64,000 nt of DNA from Azolla caroliniana (Eukaryota > Plantae > Polypodiophyta). Positions within the stretch are counted from its first letter, which is position 1. The number at the start of each line of letters is the position of its first letter. The stretch spans positions 4,712,001-4,776,000 of the forward strand of contig JBHGNT010000008.1 in assembly GCA_043228905.1 (NCBI GenBank), read 5' to 3'. The notes below the pieces were generated by a model. The model did not search any database and was not told the origin of the DNA. It saw only the letters and a list, made by a program, of their open reading frames with translations. The position numbers and the translations under genes are program-made. Shown one piece after another: positions 39,012-51,727 of this stretch.

Positions 39012-42000
39012 TGTTGGAGACAAGGTCGTCTATGCGGAAGATCAAGAAGCACTCGATTGTGTTCTGAACACCTGCGTATGACAGTTTGTAGGTCGTTGCA
39101 CAGAGAGAGAGAGAGAGAGAGAGTGAGAGAGAGACAGAGAGGCACAAAAGACTTCTTATTCCATAAAGCAATAATACAACACCCAACCTTACAAAAAGGT
39201 TACAAGGTCACTATATATAGTGACCGACTTAGGGCAACTACCCTTTATGCTAATTACACAAATGGCCGAAAGGGATAGTGTGAATACGTCCATTATACAC
39301 ATGTATTCGACACTCCCCCGTAATGGGCGTATACATGGGTTATCTAAGATTACAGGTATAGACTTAGGTTCTCGGACATATCAGCTTTGTTCGAGTTGGC
39401 AGGGTCCGAAGGCAGAAGACCGAACTGGTCGGGTCGGAACAGTTGAAGCCGATCATTAAGGAACTGATGTCGGTTGTCGAGAACCATCCTGCTCTGTGTC
39501 CGGCTCTAACCGGACTGGTTTGTCGTTACGCCCATCTGATGCCGAAGAGACCGAAAACGGTCTGCCGAAAGACACTTGGTCATTCCATCTGCGACATTGT
39601 CGGTTGTGGATATTTTCTCTAGACCGATTTTCCCTGAAATGACGCAGTCCCGAACGAAGTGATATCGAACGTCGATATGTTTGGAGGCGTTGTGGTGAAC
39701 CGGATTTTTCGACAAGGCAACATCACCTTGACTGTCGCTGTAGACAACTGGAGCCGAGTCATGGTCGACTTGCCGAAACGTGTGCGCCAGCCGACCGAGC
39801 CACAAAGCTTCTTTTGCTGCGTCGGACGCAGCTACATATTCTGCTTCGGTCGTTGAGGTCGCTGTGCACTCCTGAAGTTTCGACTTCCACGAGATTGCTC
39901 CATTGCCGAATTTGAAGCAGTATCCGGTTGTTGATTTCCGACTGTCTATACAGCCGGCGAAGTCCGAGTCGGTGTAACCGACTACGCCTGAGGTTCGGTT
40001 CGGACCGAAAAGAATGCCGTGGTCTTTTGTGCCAGCCAGATATCTGAACACATGCTTGACTGCGTTCCAATGCGATCGGCCAGGATTGTGCATAAATCTG
40101 CTAACGACTCCTACGGCGTGAGAAATATCAGGCCGTGTCGCGACCATCAGGTACATAAGGGAGCCGACTGCCGGTGCATACGGTACCGACTTCATATCTT
40201 CCCCCTCCGGACCGGATGTCGGGCAGTCTCGCTGAGAGAGCCGAAGATTCATGGGGAGCGGGGTTGATGCAGATTTGGCTGATTGCATGTTGAAGCGTTC
40301 TAAGACACGTCGGATATAGTCGGTCTGAGACAAAAAAAGATGTCGTTTATCGCGATGCCGACTAATCTTCATGCCAAGGATGTGTCGTGCCGGACCGAGG
40401 TCCTTCATGGCAAACTTCAACCGCAGTTGCCGAATGAGATCGGCAAGTTGGCCCGCGTGGCGTCCAGAGATTAGCATGTCGTCCACGTAAATGATGAGGA
40501 AGATGGGTGATCCATCTTGAGCTGTGTTGGTAAAAAGACAATGGTCCTCATCGCTTTTTGAGAAGCCGATCGATTGGATGAAGTCGTCGAACTTCTTGTA
40601 CCATTGTCGCGGTGCCTGTTTGAGGCCGTATAGACTCTTCCTGAGTCGGCAGACTAGATGTTCTTGGCCAGTTGCCACGAAGCCTTTTGGCTGCTCCATA
40701 TAAATTTCCTCTTCAAGATCACCATGGAGGAATGCTGTTTTGACATCTAGCTGAATCAGCTCCAAGTTGTCGGCTGCCACTACGCCGAGTAGAAAACGGA
40801 GGGTTGTCATTTTCACCACTGGTGAAAAAATCTCGTCGAAGTCGACGCCATATTCTTGTCGGAAGCCCTTCGCAACTAATCTGGCCTTGTACTTTGGGGT
40901 GGTCGAATCAGACGTCTCTTTTAGTCGATAAACCCACTTGCAAGGAAGAGCACGTCGGTTCCTAGGTAATTCGACCAGATCCCAAGTCTTGTTTGCCCGA
41001 ATGGAGTGCATTTCCGACTCCATCGCCAGATGCCAGGTGGCTGAATCGACAGATGTCGATGCTTCTTCGTAAGACGTCGGTTCGCCGGCGTCGGTGAAGA
41101 AAATTCCAGGAGAATACCTCTCCGGAGGTTGCGACAGTCTCTCGGATCGTCGAGGTAAGATTGGACTGGTCGCATCGGGTATCGAGGTCGGATGGTCCGA
41201 AAGCGGATTGTTCTGCTGTGCCGAGTCGGGGTTGTCCGAGTCGGTAATGTAAGGTTCAGCTACCCGTGAAGCTGACCGTGTGTTAAGAGCGGGGCCTTCT
41301 TGAAGGGTCGGCACATCGGAAAATGTTACCCTTCGGACTTCGATCGGTTTTTCGACTGATGGATTCATAGCCGACTCGTTGAACACAACGTCCGAACTTC
41401 GAACGATTTGTCTGCGTTCGGGGTCCCAGAGTCGGTATCCCATTTCGCCGTCGGATCCATATCCAAGGAAAATGCATTTCTTGGACCGAGGTGCAAGTTT
41501 TCGGCGATCATCTTTCGGAATAAGGGCGTACGCCTCGCATCCGAAGATCCTCAGCTTCTCATAATTCGGCTTACTGCCGATCCATAGTTCCTGAGGAATT
41601 TGAAGTCCTAGAGGTCTACTTGGCGACATATTGATTATGTGTGCTGCCGTGAGTAGAGCCTCTGCCCAGAAGCCATCCGACAGTCCGGAGTGTTGGAGCA
41701 TGGAAACTATCCGTTCTTGGATTGTCCGATTCATTCGTTCTGCAATCCCGTTTTGCTCCGGACTGTGTGGTGCCGTAAATTCACGTCGGATGCCGCGTTG
41801 TCGGCAGAATTTGACGAATTCTTCGGATTTAAACTCTCCCCCATTGTCTGTCCGAAAGCATTTCAGCTTTCGGTCGGTTTGATTTTCTACCATAGCGAGC
41901 CAATCGGTGAAGATCGAGAAGACCCGATCTTTGGTGCGAATTGGATAAGCCCACACCTTTCGAGTCGAATCGTCAATAAAAGTGACGAAGTAAGAGGCAC

Positions 42001-44494
42001 CGCCGAGAGACTGATGCGGCATTGGGCCACAGACGTCCGAGTGGACCAAATCGAGAGGTCTCGTTTCTCTTGGTGCTGATGTCGGGTGTGATGCGGCTGC
42101 TTGTTTGCCATACTGGCAATGTTCGCAGAATTGATGGTCGGAGAAGGAGAGTTTGGGGATGTATCCGGCTCTAGATAGATGCGTAATGCCGGCCTTGCTG
42201 AGGTGTCCTAATCTTCGGTGCCATAGTGATGACACAGGAATATCCACCAAAAACAGGTTACCCTCTCTGAGCGTAACATGTAACGGATACAGGGAGTGTA
42301 TCTTGGGTCCTCTAGCAAGCAGGAGGTTCCCCCTGTGGAGTGTCCACCCTCCCGAAGAAAAACCGGCACGAATGCCGTCTTCATCTAGTTGTCCGACTGA
42401 GATCAATGGCCTTGAGAGCTCGGGTACATGTCGGACATTGTGGAGTACAAGTGTAGAGCCACCTGCAAGGTTGAGCTCTACTGTGCCGATTCCGATGATG
42501 TCACAGTGTTGTGAGTTGCCGACTCGAACTGAGTCGGAGTGACGGATCGTATATTGCCGAAATTGGGATCGATGAGGAGTCACGTGAAATGACACTCCCG
42601 AATCTAAGAGCCATGTGCTCGATTCTTCAGTCGTGAGTAGAACTTCTGATCCGACTGGATTTTCGATTGATAGTATATTCGGGTCGTCTGGTAGCACATC
42701 AGCTGAGAAGCTGACGTAATTGATCTCCTCATGCTGGCCACTCTTCTTGTTGTTCTTGTTCTTGAGTGCGCGGCAGTCGGCTTTGATGTGTCCGGGTTTC
42801 TTGCAATAGTTGCAGATTCGGTTATCCCGTGACTGGCTCCGTCTTCGCTGATTGTTCGGCGGCCGTGAGGAATCTCTTCCTCGTATGTTCGATCGGTCTG
42901 TCGAACCTTGTACTACGTAAGCGTCGTCTGTTGAGTCTTTGGCGAAAGACTTTCTCCGAGCTGCTTCGGTCAGGATTGCGCTCGTGACTTCGGAGTATTT
43001 AACAGCCGTGGTTGACGCGTTGCACACGGTTGTGACGAAAGTTTCCCATGATGAGGGAAGGCTGCTCATGAGTATCATTGCTCTGAGTTCATCCTCGATT
43101 GCCGTCCCCTAAGATGAGATTTGGGAGCTTATGCTTTCGTACTCATTGAGATGTGCTTGAACCGAATCGGATTCTTTCATCCGCAAGTTGTAGAGGCGCC
43201 GGATCAGAAACATCTTCGTTGCGGCGACCTTCTTTTCGTAAGTGTCCGACAGTGTTTTCCACAGTTCGAATGCTGTCGTACACGATTGCACCGTAAAGTA
43301 TACCGATTCCGATAGGTGCATCCGAATCGTGGCGCGGACGATTCTGTCCAGCTTCTGCCACTCAATTGGTTTGTATCCTTCTGGAGGTTCTTCATTTTCG
43401 ATGGGATCGATTTGCCCCTTGACTATAAGATAGTCCTGCATTTGCTCTTTCCAGAAGTTGAAGTTCGATCCATCGAACTTTCGTAGACTCATTTCTGACG
43501 AGCCGGATGTTGATGCCATCAAATTCGGTTTTGGTTGACGAAGCTCAGTTCGGAGTTGACTACGAACCTTGTTGGAGTGCAGCCGGTTGGCTCACCCGAT
43601 ATCGTTCTAGTCGGATTTGAACCCGAGTCGGTTCGGCTTCGGAACTTGCTCGAATTGACTCCGGTAGCTTGAGGGACAGAACCGACTGGTCTTCCCGAAT
43701 GTTGCCGAGTCGGAGTGAGCCCGGTTCGCTTCGGATATATATGCCGAATACCGATTATTGAAACCGATTATCTGGACCGATTCTGCTTCGGGTGACTGCA
43801 GCGACGAGAGAGACGGATCCAACTGATCCTCTCGAATGTCGATCAGCCGGATGAAGCACGAATTGGGGTTGTTTTCTTGAGACCGATCTGCACCGAGTGG
43901 TTACAATGAGCGGCGATCAGCGTTTGATGACCTCTTCGGATGCCGTTTAACCGAATGGAGCACGATCGTGTCAAAGTTGCACAAGGGGATTTCACCTCGA
44001 GCGGTTACGATCACAAGGAACGGAGTACAACCTGCTAGCTTACTCCAAGCAAAAATGATCTAACGCGATGAGATGCAGGCCTCGTTTTTCTTCTTCTTCT
44101 CTCTTCTTCGAATGACGCAGGAAACCGAATGCTGAGACGACGGCCGACAGCGGGATGAAGGACCGAATACTGTGCAGGCTCTGATACCAGATGTTGGAGA
44201 CAAGGTCGTCTATGCGGAAGATCAAGAAGCACTCGATTGTGTTCTGAACACCTGCGTATGACAGTTTGTAGGTCGTTGCACAGAGAGAGAGAGAGAGAGA
44301 GAGAGTGAGAGAGAGACAGAGAGGCACAAAAGACTTCTTATTCCATAAAGCAATAATACAACACCCAACCTTACAAAAAGGTTACAAGGTCACTATATAT
44401 AGTGACCGACTTAGGGCAACTACCCTTTATGCTAATTACACAAATGGCCGAAAGGGATAGTGTGAATACGTCCATTATACACATGTATTCGACA
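39012..44494 (-). mobile_element. Young full-length Ty1/copia LTR retrotransposon
   Basis: LTRs 39012-39312 and 44192-44494 look identical except for one AG unit in a microsatellite. 5-bp TSD GGGCG. PBS TGGTATCAGAGCC (tRNA-iMet, 44177-44189). PPT adjacent to 39313. Confidence 0.97.
39506..43522 (-). CDS. Copia Gag-Pol polyprotein with one in-frame TAG at 43109-43111
   Basis: KFDGSNFNFWK, CNYCKKPGHIKADC, WLLDSG, WHRRLGH, integrase HSDVCGP..DNGGEF..AERMNRT, RT YKARLVAKG, QLDVKTAFLHG, LYGLKQAPRQW, YVDDM, RNaseH YTDSDFAG..KHIDVRYHF. Confidence 0.93.
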
Positions 44495-46795
44495 GGGCGG
44501 ATGTCGTGAAGAAAACCGTCCCTAGGCGGAAACCGAGTTTAGCGTGGGTAAACCGGCCCTTACACGCGAGCACACTTTTTGTTGTATGGTAAGTAGGTAG
44601 GTACAAGTCGGCTGAGGTGAAATCCTAGGTAGCATGCATTCAATAGGGAGAGAATCGAGGTGTATCTCTGTCCGAAAGGACAGAATTAATGTGATGTAAT
44701 GGATGATAACGGCCTCCCTCCTTGGGCTATAAAAGAGAGGGAGAGGAATGGAAAAGGTATCGCACGTTAGAGAGAGGACGAAGTGCTGCCGGATTGGGAC
44801 CGAGCCCTTCTCCTCTACCACTCTCCATAGCCATTTTGCGCAGGTTTTCGGGAGGCTGACTTTGCTCCGTGGAATGCCCGTGTGCTTATGGCAGAGTCTC
44901 CATCTCGCTCTTGTGTGTGTGAGTGAACATGCGTCGGTGTTCGCCTTGCCGGCCTGCTAGTTGTAACCGTCTTGATATATATATATATATTTATATACAT
45001 ACGTGTTCATATACTCGGACTTCTAGTCGTCTCGTTTTGTTGTGTTGTTGGACTGTGATTCCTGTGTGCTCCCGTGTCTACGCGTGTGCAAGTGCGTCTG
45101 TTGTCTTTCCGTTCTCCTCCTTCTCAGCTATTTCTCGGTCCAAGACCCCGGTGGTCCCGCCTCGTTCTCCACGCACGCGCGTAACAACGCGACAACGATG
45201 CTCAAAGGTTTTCCAAGATCGGGTACAACCCCCAGAGGAAGTGATCATGGATATCTGCTTCGCGCTTATCAGTTGCCTACGAGGGCAATTAGATGAGTTT
45301 TGCAACCACTCCAATGACGTGGCCACTGCCCGGTTGCGCTATTGGTAGAAATGGTGGAACACGCCTATGGTGACGCTAGGAGAAAGTGGACCGAGGTGGA
45401 ACTACCAGCCCCCCCGATGATTGTTTTCTTCTTTCATGCCTCCCTCCCTTTGATGTAGGCCCCGGGAGTCAGCTCATTCTGGTCGACACTAAAGGCCACT
45501 GCTTTTAGGTATAGGTATCTACTTACTTTAGGTAGTCGGTTTGAAAAACTATGTAAGTAGTCTCATTTTCTTGATCTTGATCTGAGGGAGATTCCCCGTT
45601 TTGTGTATAAGCTTCCTTGTATAGTCTCCTTGTAATAATCCTTCCTAACTAATGGGAAAGTAGCTTTATTTTGGAAATAAATAAATAAATTTATAACCTA
45701 CCAACAATAGAGATCAATGTTCTTTGAGCAAACACACAATCCATGCACAATGTTGAATGCTTCTTGGGTTTTGCAAATTTTTACCTTTAATATATAATTG
45801 CTTAACTGATTAAGAGCTTATGGGAAGATCATTCACAGCTTCAAAGAAAATTTTAATCATGCTTGATAGCAATGCCCAATTAGATGTGTCTCTTTTATGT
45901 GTATTGTACTAAGCGCACATCTTTCTCTCAGTTGGAATTTTATCTCAACCTTACAAAGGTTGTGTGGCAAGTTCACATAATTGTTTATCCTTCCATTTGC
46001 AAAATGAGTGAGAGAGGTGATCATGCACTCTCAAGCTACTAGCGCGCATGTATTATGACTTAAGAGAGGTGATCATGCACTCTTAAATAGTTGTCATAAC
46101 TAAGAAGCTAATTAGTGCCACAATGTGTCTTAATAATTTGACATAGGTATTTAATGATACACAAAAACATGCACAAGCGAGAAAAATGTCAATTAGTTAA
46201 GAAAATCCATACAGACATGCAAGGGGATAAATGTAAGGCTTGTGCAAACCTCATGAAAATGAAGGAATAGATAGATGGATAAATAGATAGATTTTATTAT
46301 TGTCTTCAAAGGTCCAATATGCTCTATAAGACCAGAATTATAATATTTTCACATAATACATGTGAAAGTAACTATGTTGCATCCCATCTTCCAAACAGAT
46401 CTTTCAAAACTTGTATCTAACAAGAACATAATTTTTTTCTTTTATGTGTCTTTTAGATCTTTTTCCTGGCTTCCATGCAAATCTAGGACGTCAAATTGAC
46501 AAATTTTTTTGAACTTGATGCATGTACTCAACAACCCTTTCCAATGTGATGATGTCAATGGGAAATGATCTCACAATCACAAAAACTACTTGATGTGTGT
46601 GAAAACTGAGCAAGACTTTCAAGGACATGAACCAAAGAAGTTAGCATCATTCTTGTCTCTTAAGGATTCTTGTAGATTAATTTTCACAGCATGAACATTT
46701 TGTGGGCATCAAACCTTTGGCCGTTTGTTCCAATGCTTTCAACTTTTACTGTTGAGCTATGTCTTGATGTTTTAATTTTATTTTCCTCCCCTTTT

Positions 46796-47561
46796 TGTTG
46801 GAAACTAAGATTGTCAATATGCGGAAACAAGAATCAACACCTTTGTTAAGCACAACAAGATGAACAGAAGACAAGACCAATCGACAAATTGAGAAAGAGA
46901 AAGAGACTCGGAGGCACACAATATATAACTTGTATTATTCAAATGGCAACCATAACAATGAACAACAACCACTAACTAGGTTACAAAAGTAAGTTTAAAT
47001 ACCAATTGACTTAGGGAAACTTCCATTTTCACTATTTACATAAATAACCTAAACTGTAATATGTCCAAATGGGACAGTGTGAATAGATCCATTAAGTACC
47101 CGTATTCGACATTCTCCCGTAGTGGGCGTATACAACAAAAATCTGTAACCAAGGGAATAAATAGGAAATACAAATTTATACAAATTGTTGTCGAGCATGT
47201 CGGCTTTTGTCCGAATCGACAACATTTGAGAACAAAGGGCCAGGTCGGCCGAGGCCGGAAGAGCTAAAGCAAAATAAACTAGTTCGAAAAGGAATCCCAA
47301 TCAGGGAGTCTGAAGTTGAGTCGACTATGCCGACTGCGGATTGTCTGAAACCATCCTGAATATCCAACTCAATTGAATTAATTCTTCGTTATGCCCATTT
47401 GGTGCCGAAGGGATCGGAATTGATCCGCCAAAAGACACCATCTGCGATATTATCAATTGTAGATATCTTCTCGAGGCCGATTTTCCCTGAATTGATGCAG
47501 TCCCGAACAAAGTGATATCTCACATCGATGTGCTTGAAGGCATTGTGTTGAACCAACTTTC
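46796..47561 (-). mobile_element. Older copia remnant (3' LTR, PPT and RNaseH end) related to the young copia
   Basis: LTR 46796-47111 (TGTTGGAAAC..CGTATTCGACA) resembles the 39012 LTR; translation HNAFKHIDVRYHFVRDCINSGKIGLEKIST. Confidence 0.85.
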
Positions 47562-47865
47562 TGTTAGGAAACAGGTCCCTCCGGATTGGAAGTAAGCACG
47601 AGCCCGATTGGAGTCTGGAGAGCCAGCCTTGAACGCCAGATTAGATAGATCCGAAGTAAAAAGGAAACTGAACCTGAAGCCGGATCAGATCCAAAGATGC
47701 ATTAGGTAGGATTCGGATGAAGCATCCAGAAATGGCCATATTTATAAATAGCCCATAGTATGTGTTAGTATAAATACATCTAGGGCAAATCATTAGTGGG
47801 GTTGTTTTGTTTTGTTGTCAAGTATGTAGGAGAGAGAGAGTGAGAGTTGTAACTCTGTTGCAGTT
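47562..47865 (+). mobile_element. Truncated LTR related to the 36337 solo LTR
   Basis: TGTTAGGAAACAGGTCCCTCCGGATTGGA vs TGTTGGTAGACAGGTCCCTCCGGATGGA; shared TAGTATAAATA..TAGGGCAAA. Confidence 0.7.
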
Positions 47866-50197
47866 GCGTGACTGGAGTCCTCCGGTCGACCATCGATGTA
47901 TGTGGTGCGATGCAGTCGGCCACACCCGAAGAGATTGCGCGGATTTTATCGAGGCACTTAGAAGCAACGTGGTGTACCTATGGAATGGGCGGGTGCACAC
48001 ATGTGAGACTCGGAAAGCCCTAGAATTGAATACCGGTCGGGGCCGAATGAAGCGGTTAATGGAAGAAGCCGCGACGTGACATGCCGAGGCCGTCCATTAT
48101 TCTGCATCAGCCGATATCTGGGTCGGAAGCGACGACGACTTGAAACCGAAGGACTTCGGGTTCTGGCCACTAGTGCTAGAAGGCCTTTCCAGAGTATGAC
48201 TGAGGAAGGAAGAAGCGGACTGCGCAGAGAAGCAGGTCCAGGAGGTCACGGGGTGGAACGATCCGGTTGAGGAAAAGACCGGTTTTGTGGAAGCGGCGTG
48301 CCAGTTCTGGTGGAGGACAAGCGAGCGGGAAAGGGCGGAGGAGCCAGAATCTCTAATTGGTATGACACCCAGAGCGTGCCAAAGAACAAGGATGTCGGGA
48401 CTTCCGGTGGAAAGGTTAAAGACGACAGGTTACTGGCTAGGCACGGAAATAGAAAGAGCGATGGACTTGCGGAGAGTCCTCGAAGAACAGATCCTTGACA
48501 GCCGGGTGGAGCAGTCTCTAAGGGAAGTTTTAGGGATCGCCAAGAAGGAGTTTCACGACTCCATCGTGGACATGATGAAGCGCAAGAGGCTTGCGACGGA
48601 GCCGGAGCCGGATAAGCCCATGGAGGTGCGAATGGTGCACCTAGACGATGCGACAGTAGAAGACGAATTGGCGGAGAGCCATTACTTGAAGCCGCATTGG
48701 GAAAGAGCGACTACGGAGACCCCCATTCAGATCGGGAACGTCCAGGAACCGGTGGTGGCCCTGATAGACCATGGATCTGAAATTAACCTAATGTCCATGG
48801 ATTTCTACAAGAAGGGGAAATGGCCGATCAACACCAAGCACGGGTGGAAGATACGCGCGGCTACGTGCGCTACGGAGGAACTACATGGGGCGTTCCCGAA
48901 TGTACAAGTCTTAGTGAAGATTGGGGATGTTGAGATTGATCAACACTTTTTTGTGCAGGAGACTTCCTCACACCTGGTGATTCTCGACGAACCATACATT
49001 ACGGCGGTCCATATGGAGACCAAAGTGTTGAACAACGGTTCGGCGCACGCACGGGTGAAGAGCCAAGACGGGTGTCACTCCATCCAATTCCTGACGGTTT
49101 GTCCTAACCAGGAGCGTAACCGCGAATCTCTTGGCACCGATGGTCAAGAGGATTTTTAGAGAGGGCTATCAAGGCGTGGGGCTGTGATAGTCCGGATACC
49201 CCGGAGCAACCCCACACATGTACCATAGGTAGGAAATTTTGGTTCTCCGACAGCGGAGGTTGTACTATAACTGGCATCAGTGGCCAGGAAAAGAGGCGGG
49301 TCGAAGGGCGTTTAAGGGCGGGCAGTGCCCTTAGCTCAGACGATGAGATTAGTAGTGATGTGGAGGCGGTCTCATTCGACGACACCCTTGGAGAGATCGA
49401 AAGGGTAGCCGATGAAGGCCTAAGCAAAGACCGGGTAATTCTGGTAAGTTCCATGGAAATGTGTGAAGTCATCGCGGACTTCAAGGAGATGATCAGGTTG
49501 GAGAAGGCGGCCCAAGTTGATACCAAATACAAGGCCGTGGAATGGAAGGTGAGGCCAGTTGCGGCTCCCTTGCCAGAGGGCAACGAGGAGTAGATGAAAG
49601 GGGTCGTGTTAGACCCGAGCTTGTAGAATTCGGCTGGCATGGGGCATTGGTTCACCGACGAGACACTATGAGAGTTGAAGATTGGTGGGGGTGGCCTCCT
49701 ACAGCCAGCAGAAGAGGACCGAGAAAGCCTTTACATTCTCGTCGGAGGAGATCGGGTGCGTCGACCCGACAATCATAGAGCTGATGGTTATCTTCACAGT
49801 AGCACATGTGTCGTGGAAGCTCAAGCTGATCTCGGTGCCGAGAGCTCACATCCCGAAGCTGATGGAGTTGGTGAACAGAAGGTGGAGATAGGCATCTTCG
49901 AGCCGTTGAGTGCCCCATATTCGAATCGGTGGTTTACGGTGCCGAAGAAGAATGACACCTTGCGCTCCATTCAGGACTTGCAACCGGTCAATAAAGTGAC
50001 CATTCGGAACATAGGGATCGGGCTAACTATTGATGAGATCGCGAAAACCTTCGCCGGAAGGTCGATCTATTTGATTGGTGACTTGTACTCGGGGTACAAT
50101 CAGTTCCAGCTAGTCGTAGAGAGTACGGATATCACGACGATGCGGACCCCTCTCGGCTTAGTGCGGATGTGTACCCTTCCGCAGGGGGGGCCAACTC

Positions 50198-50652
50198 TAT
50201 TATAGATCTAGATACTAATGTAAGCTTAAGATAAGGATAATGAAAAGATAGATAGAAAGGAGAAAGAGAAAGAAGGGTGCCGATCCACCCGACCACCCCC
50301 GAGCGAAGGGATCGAGACGGACTCGAGCCTCGATCGGCGTCCCATACCACCGCCGTGGCGTCGAGTCGTACCTGGTGCTGGCGCGCTCGCTACAAGAGTT
50401 GACCCACCACACGAGCAGAGTCTCGATGTAGTCAAAAGATGATCAAATGAGGGTAGCTAGGCCTCTTATTTATAGCGATACCCAAGGCCCCCAGGCAAGT
50501 TCACACTTGACCTAATGGGTTGTCTCAATCCCGAGGATTAAAAGTAATCCTCCCCTTCTTCACACTCTCGTTTAACCCTCACACTTATCCACGTGTATAG
50601 AATACTACGGTAAATTCTTACCACGGGATATTATATGGTCATGCCCGTAACA
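50198..50652 (-). mobile_element. Solo LTR in element B RT
   Basis: TATTA(TGTTA)...TAACA with 5-bp TSD AACTC/AACTC; host QGGANS|VAHM restored on removal; TATA on the minus strand at about 50467. Confidence 0.88.
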
Positions 50653-51727
50653 AACTCGGTAGCGCACATGGTGAATGCGATGAACAAGGTTCCGAGGGAT
50701 TGCATCCCGGACATCACCATGCCGTTTTTGGACGACATCAAGATCAAGGGATGTCTGGTGGAAGAGAAGGATGAATTGGTAGGACTGGACGGATGCCAAG
50801 GGTTTGTGGTGGATCATATCAACGGCTCACCTTCTCTGGAGAGAAGTCGGCTTTCGGGCAATCCAAAATCTTGGTGGTCAGGCACTTGTGCGGGCCATAT
50901 GGCTGGAAACCGTCTTCGGCGAAGGTAGAGGCTATCTCCGTGATGAAGGAAGAACGCAAGTCGGTAACGGAAGTCCGGAGGTTTCTAGGAGCATGCGCGT
51001 TTTACCACATTTGGATTCCGCATTATGCACACGTCGTGGAGCCGCTCTACAGGCTACTAAAGAAGGGCTGTAAATTCAAATGGAATCAAGAGCACGCGGA
51101 GTTGGTTCGGAAGCTAAAGGAGGCTCTGACAACGGCACCGACCCTCAGGAAGGCGGTCAATGGGAAAGGTACCCCGGTTTACGTGATGGTGGACACGAGT
51201 CCGACAGGAATCGGATGGGTGATCAATCAGGAAGACGCAGATTGCACAAGGTTCCCCATCCGATTCGGAGTGAAAGTATTGAGTGAGCGGCAACGGGGAT
51301 ATGCCCAGGTTAAACGTGAACTTTGGGGAATCATTTCGGTAGCCAAGGCCGACAAGGATTATTTGATCGGGATAGAGGTAGTAATCGAGACACGCTGCCT
51401 ACCAATCCTTGGTATGGTTTCCGGATGCGGGACTCTAGACCAAGCTATGCTCAGGTATATCGCATACATTAAGTCCCTCAATCCGGAGATACGACACATC
51501 TCCGGGAAAGACAATGCCATGGCCGATATGCTCTTGAGAGCGCACTTTGACGACGAAGACGGCATGGTATCGGAAGATGAAGAAGTTGGCATAGACTTTC
51601 GAGTTGGCTCAAGTGACTGCAAAGGGGAGGAGCACTCCCACATTAAACAAGTTTAGCAAGAGCGAGAACGATAAGAAGTGGCTCCGAATCGATAGATTCT
51701 TGAGGACGTTGACACAAGACGCGACGT

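Larger units (their letters stand above)
32085..45194 (+). mobile_element. Ty3/gypsy LTR retrotransposon A (non-chromovirus, Phygy/Selgy-like by inference), full length with nested insertions
   Basis: LTRs 32085-32638 and 44502-45194 (TGTCG..CGACA; the 5' LTR lacks about 139 bp). 4-bp TSD ACAA/ACGA. PBS TGGTGAACCCGACGTGAA (tRNA-Trp). PPT AGGTGGGGGCGGA, split by a copia insertion. Confidence 0.95.
29757..45704 (+). mobile_element. 5'-truncated, 5'-inverted L1-clade LINE, interrupted by gypsy element A
   Basis: 18-bp TSD AAATTTATAACCTACCAA at 29757-29774 and 45687-45704. Inverted RT segment 29775-30726 (minus: QTGFI, LDFEKAYDRV, RQGCPLAP, FKYLG, GGLGLIDP). Sense segment 30727-32084 (LTQSRALLAK.. 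zf-RVT CPLC..HCLWDC), resuming at 45195 (RCSKVF..) and ending in an (AATA)n tail. Confidence 0.93.

Noticed and set aside
43109-43111. TAG in the copia as a programmed read-through codon
   Set aside because: It falls mid-Gag, before the zinc knuckle, not at a gag/pol boundary. A C-to-T change from CAG is simpler and matches other stops in the window (34736, 35575, 54471).
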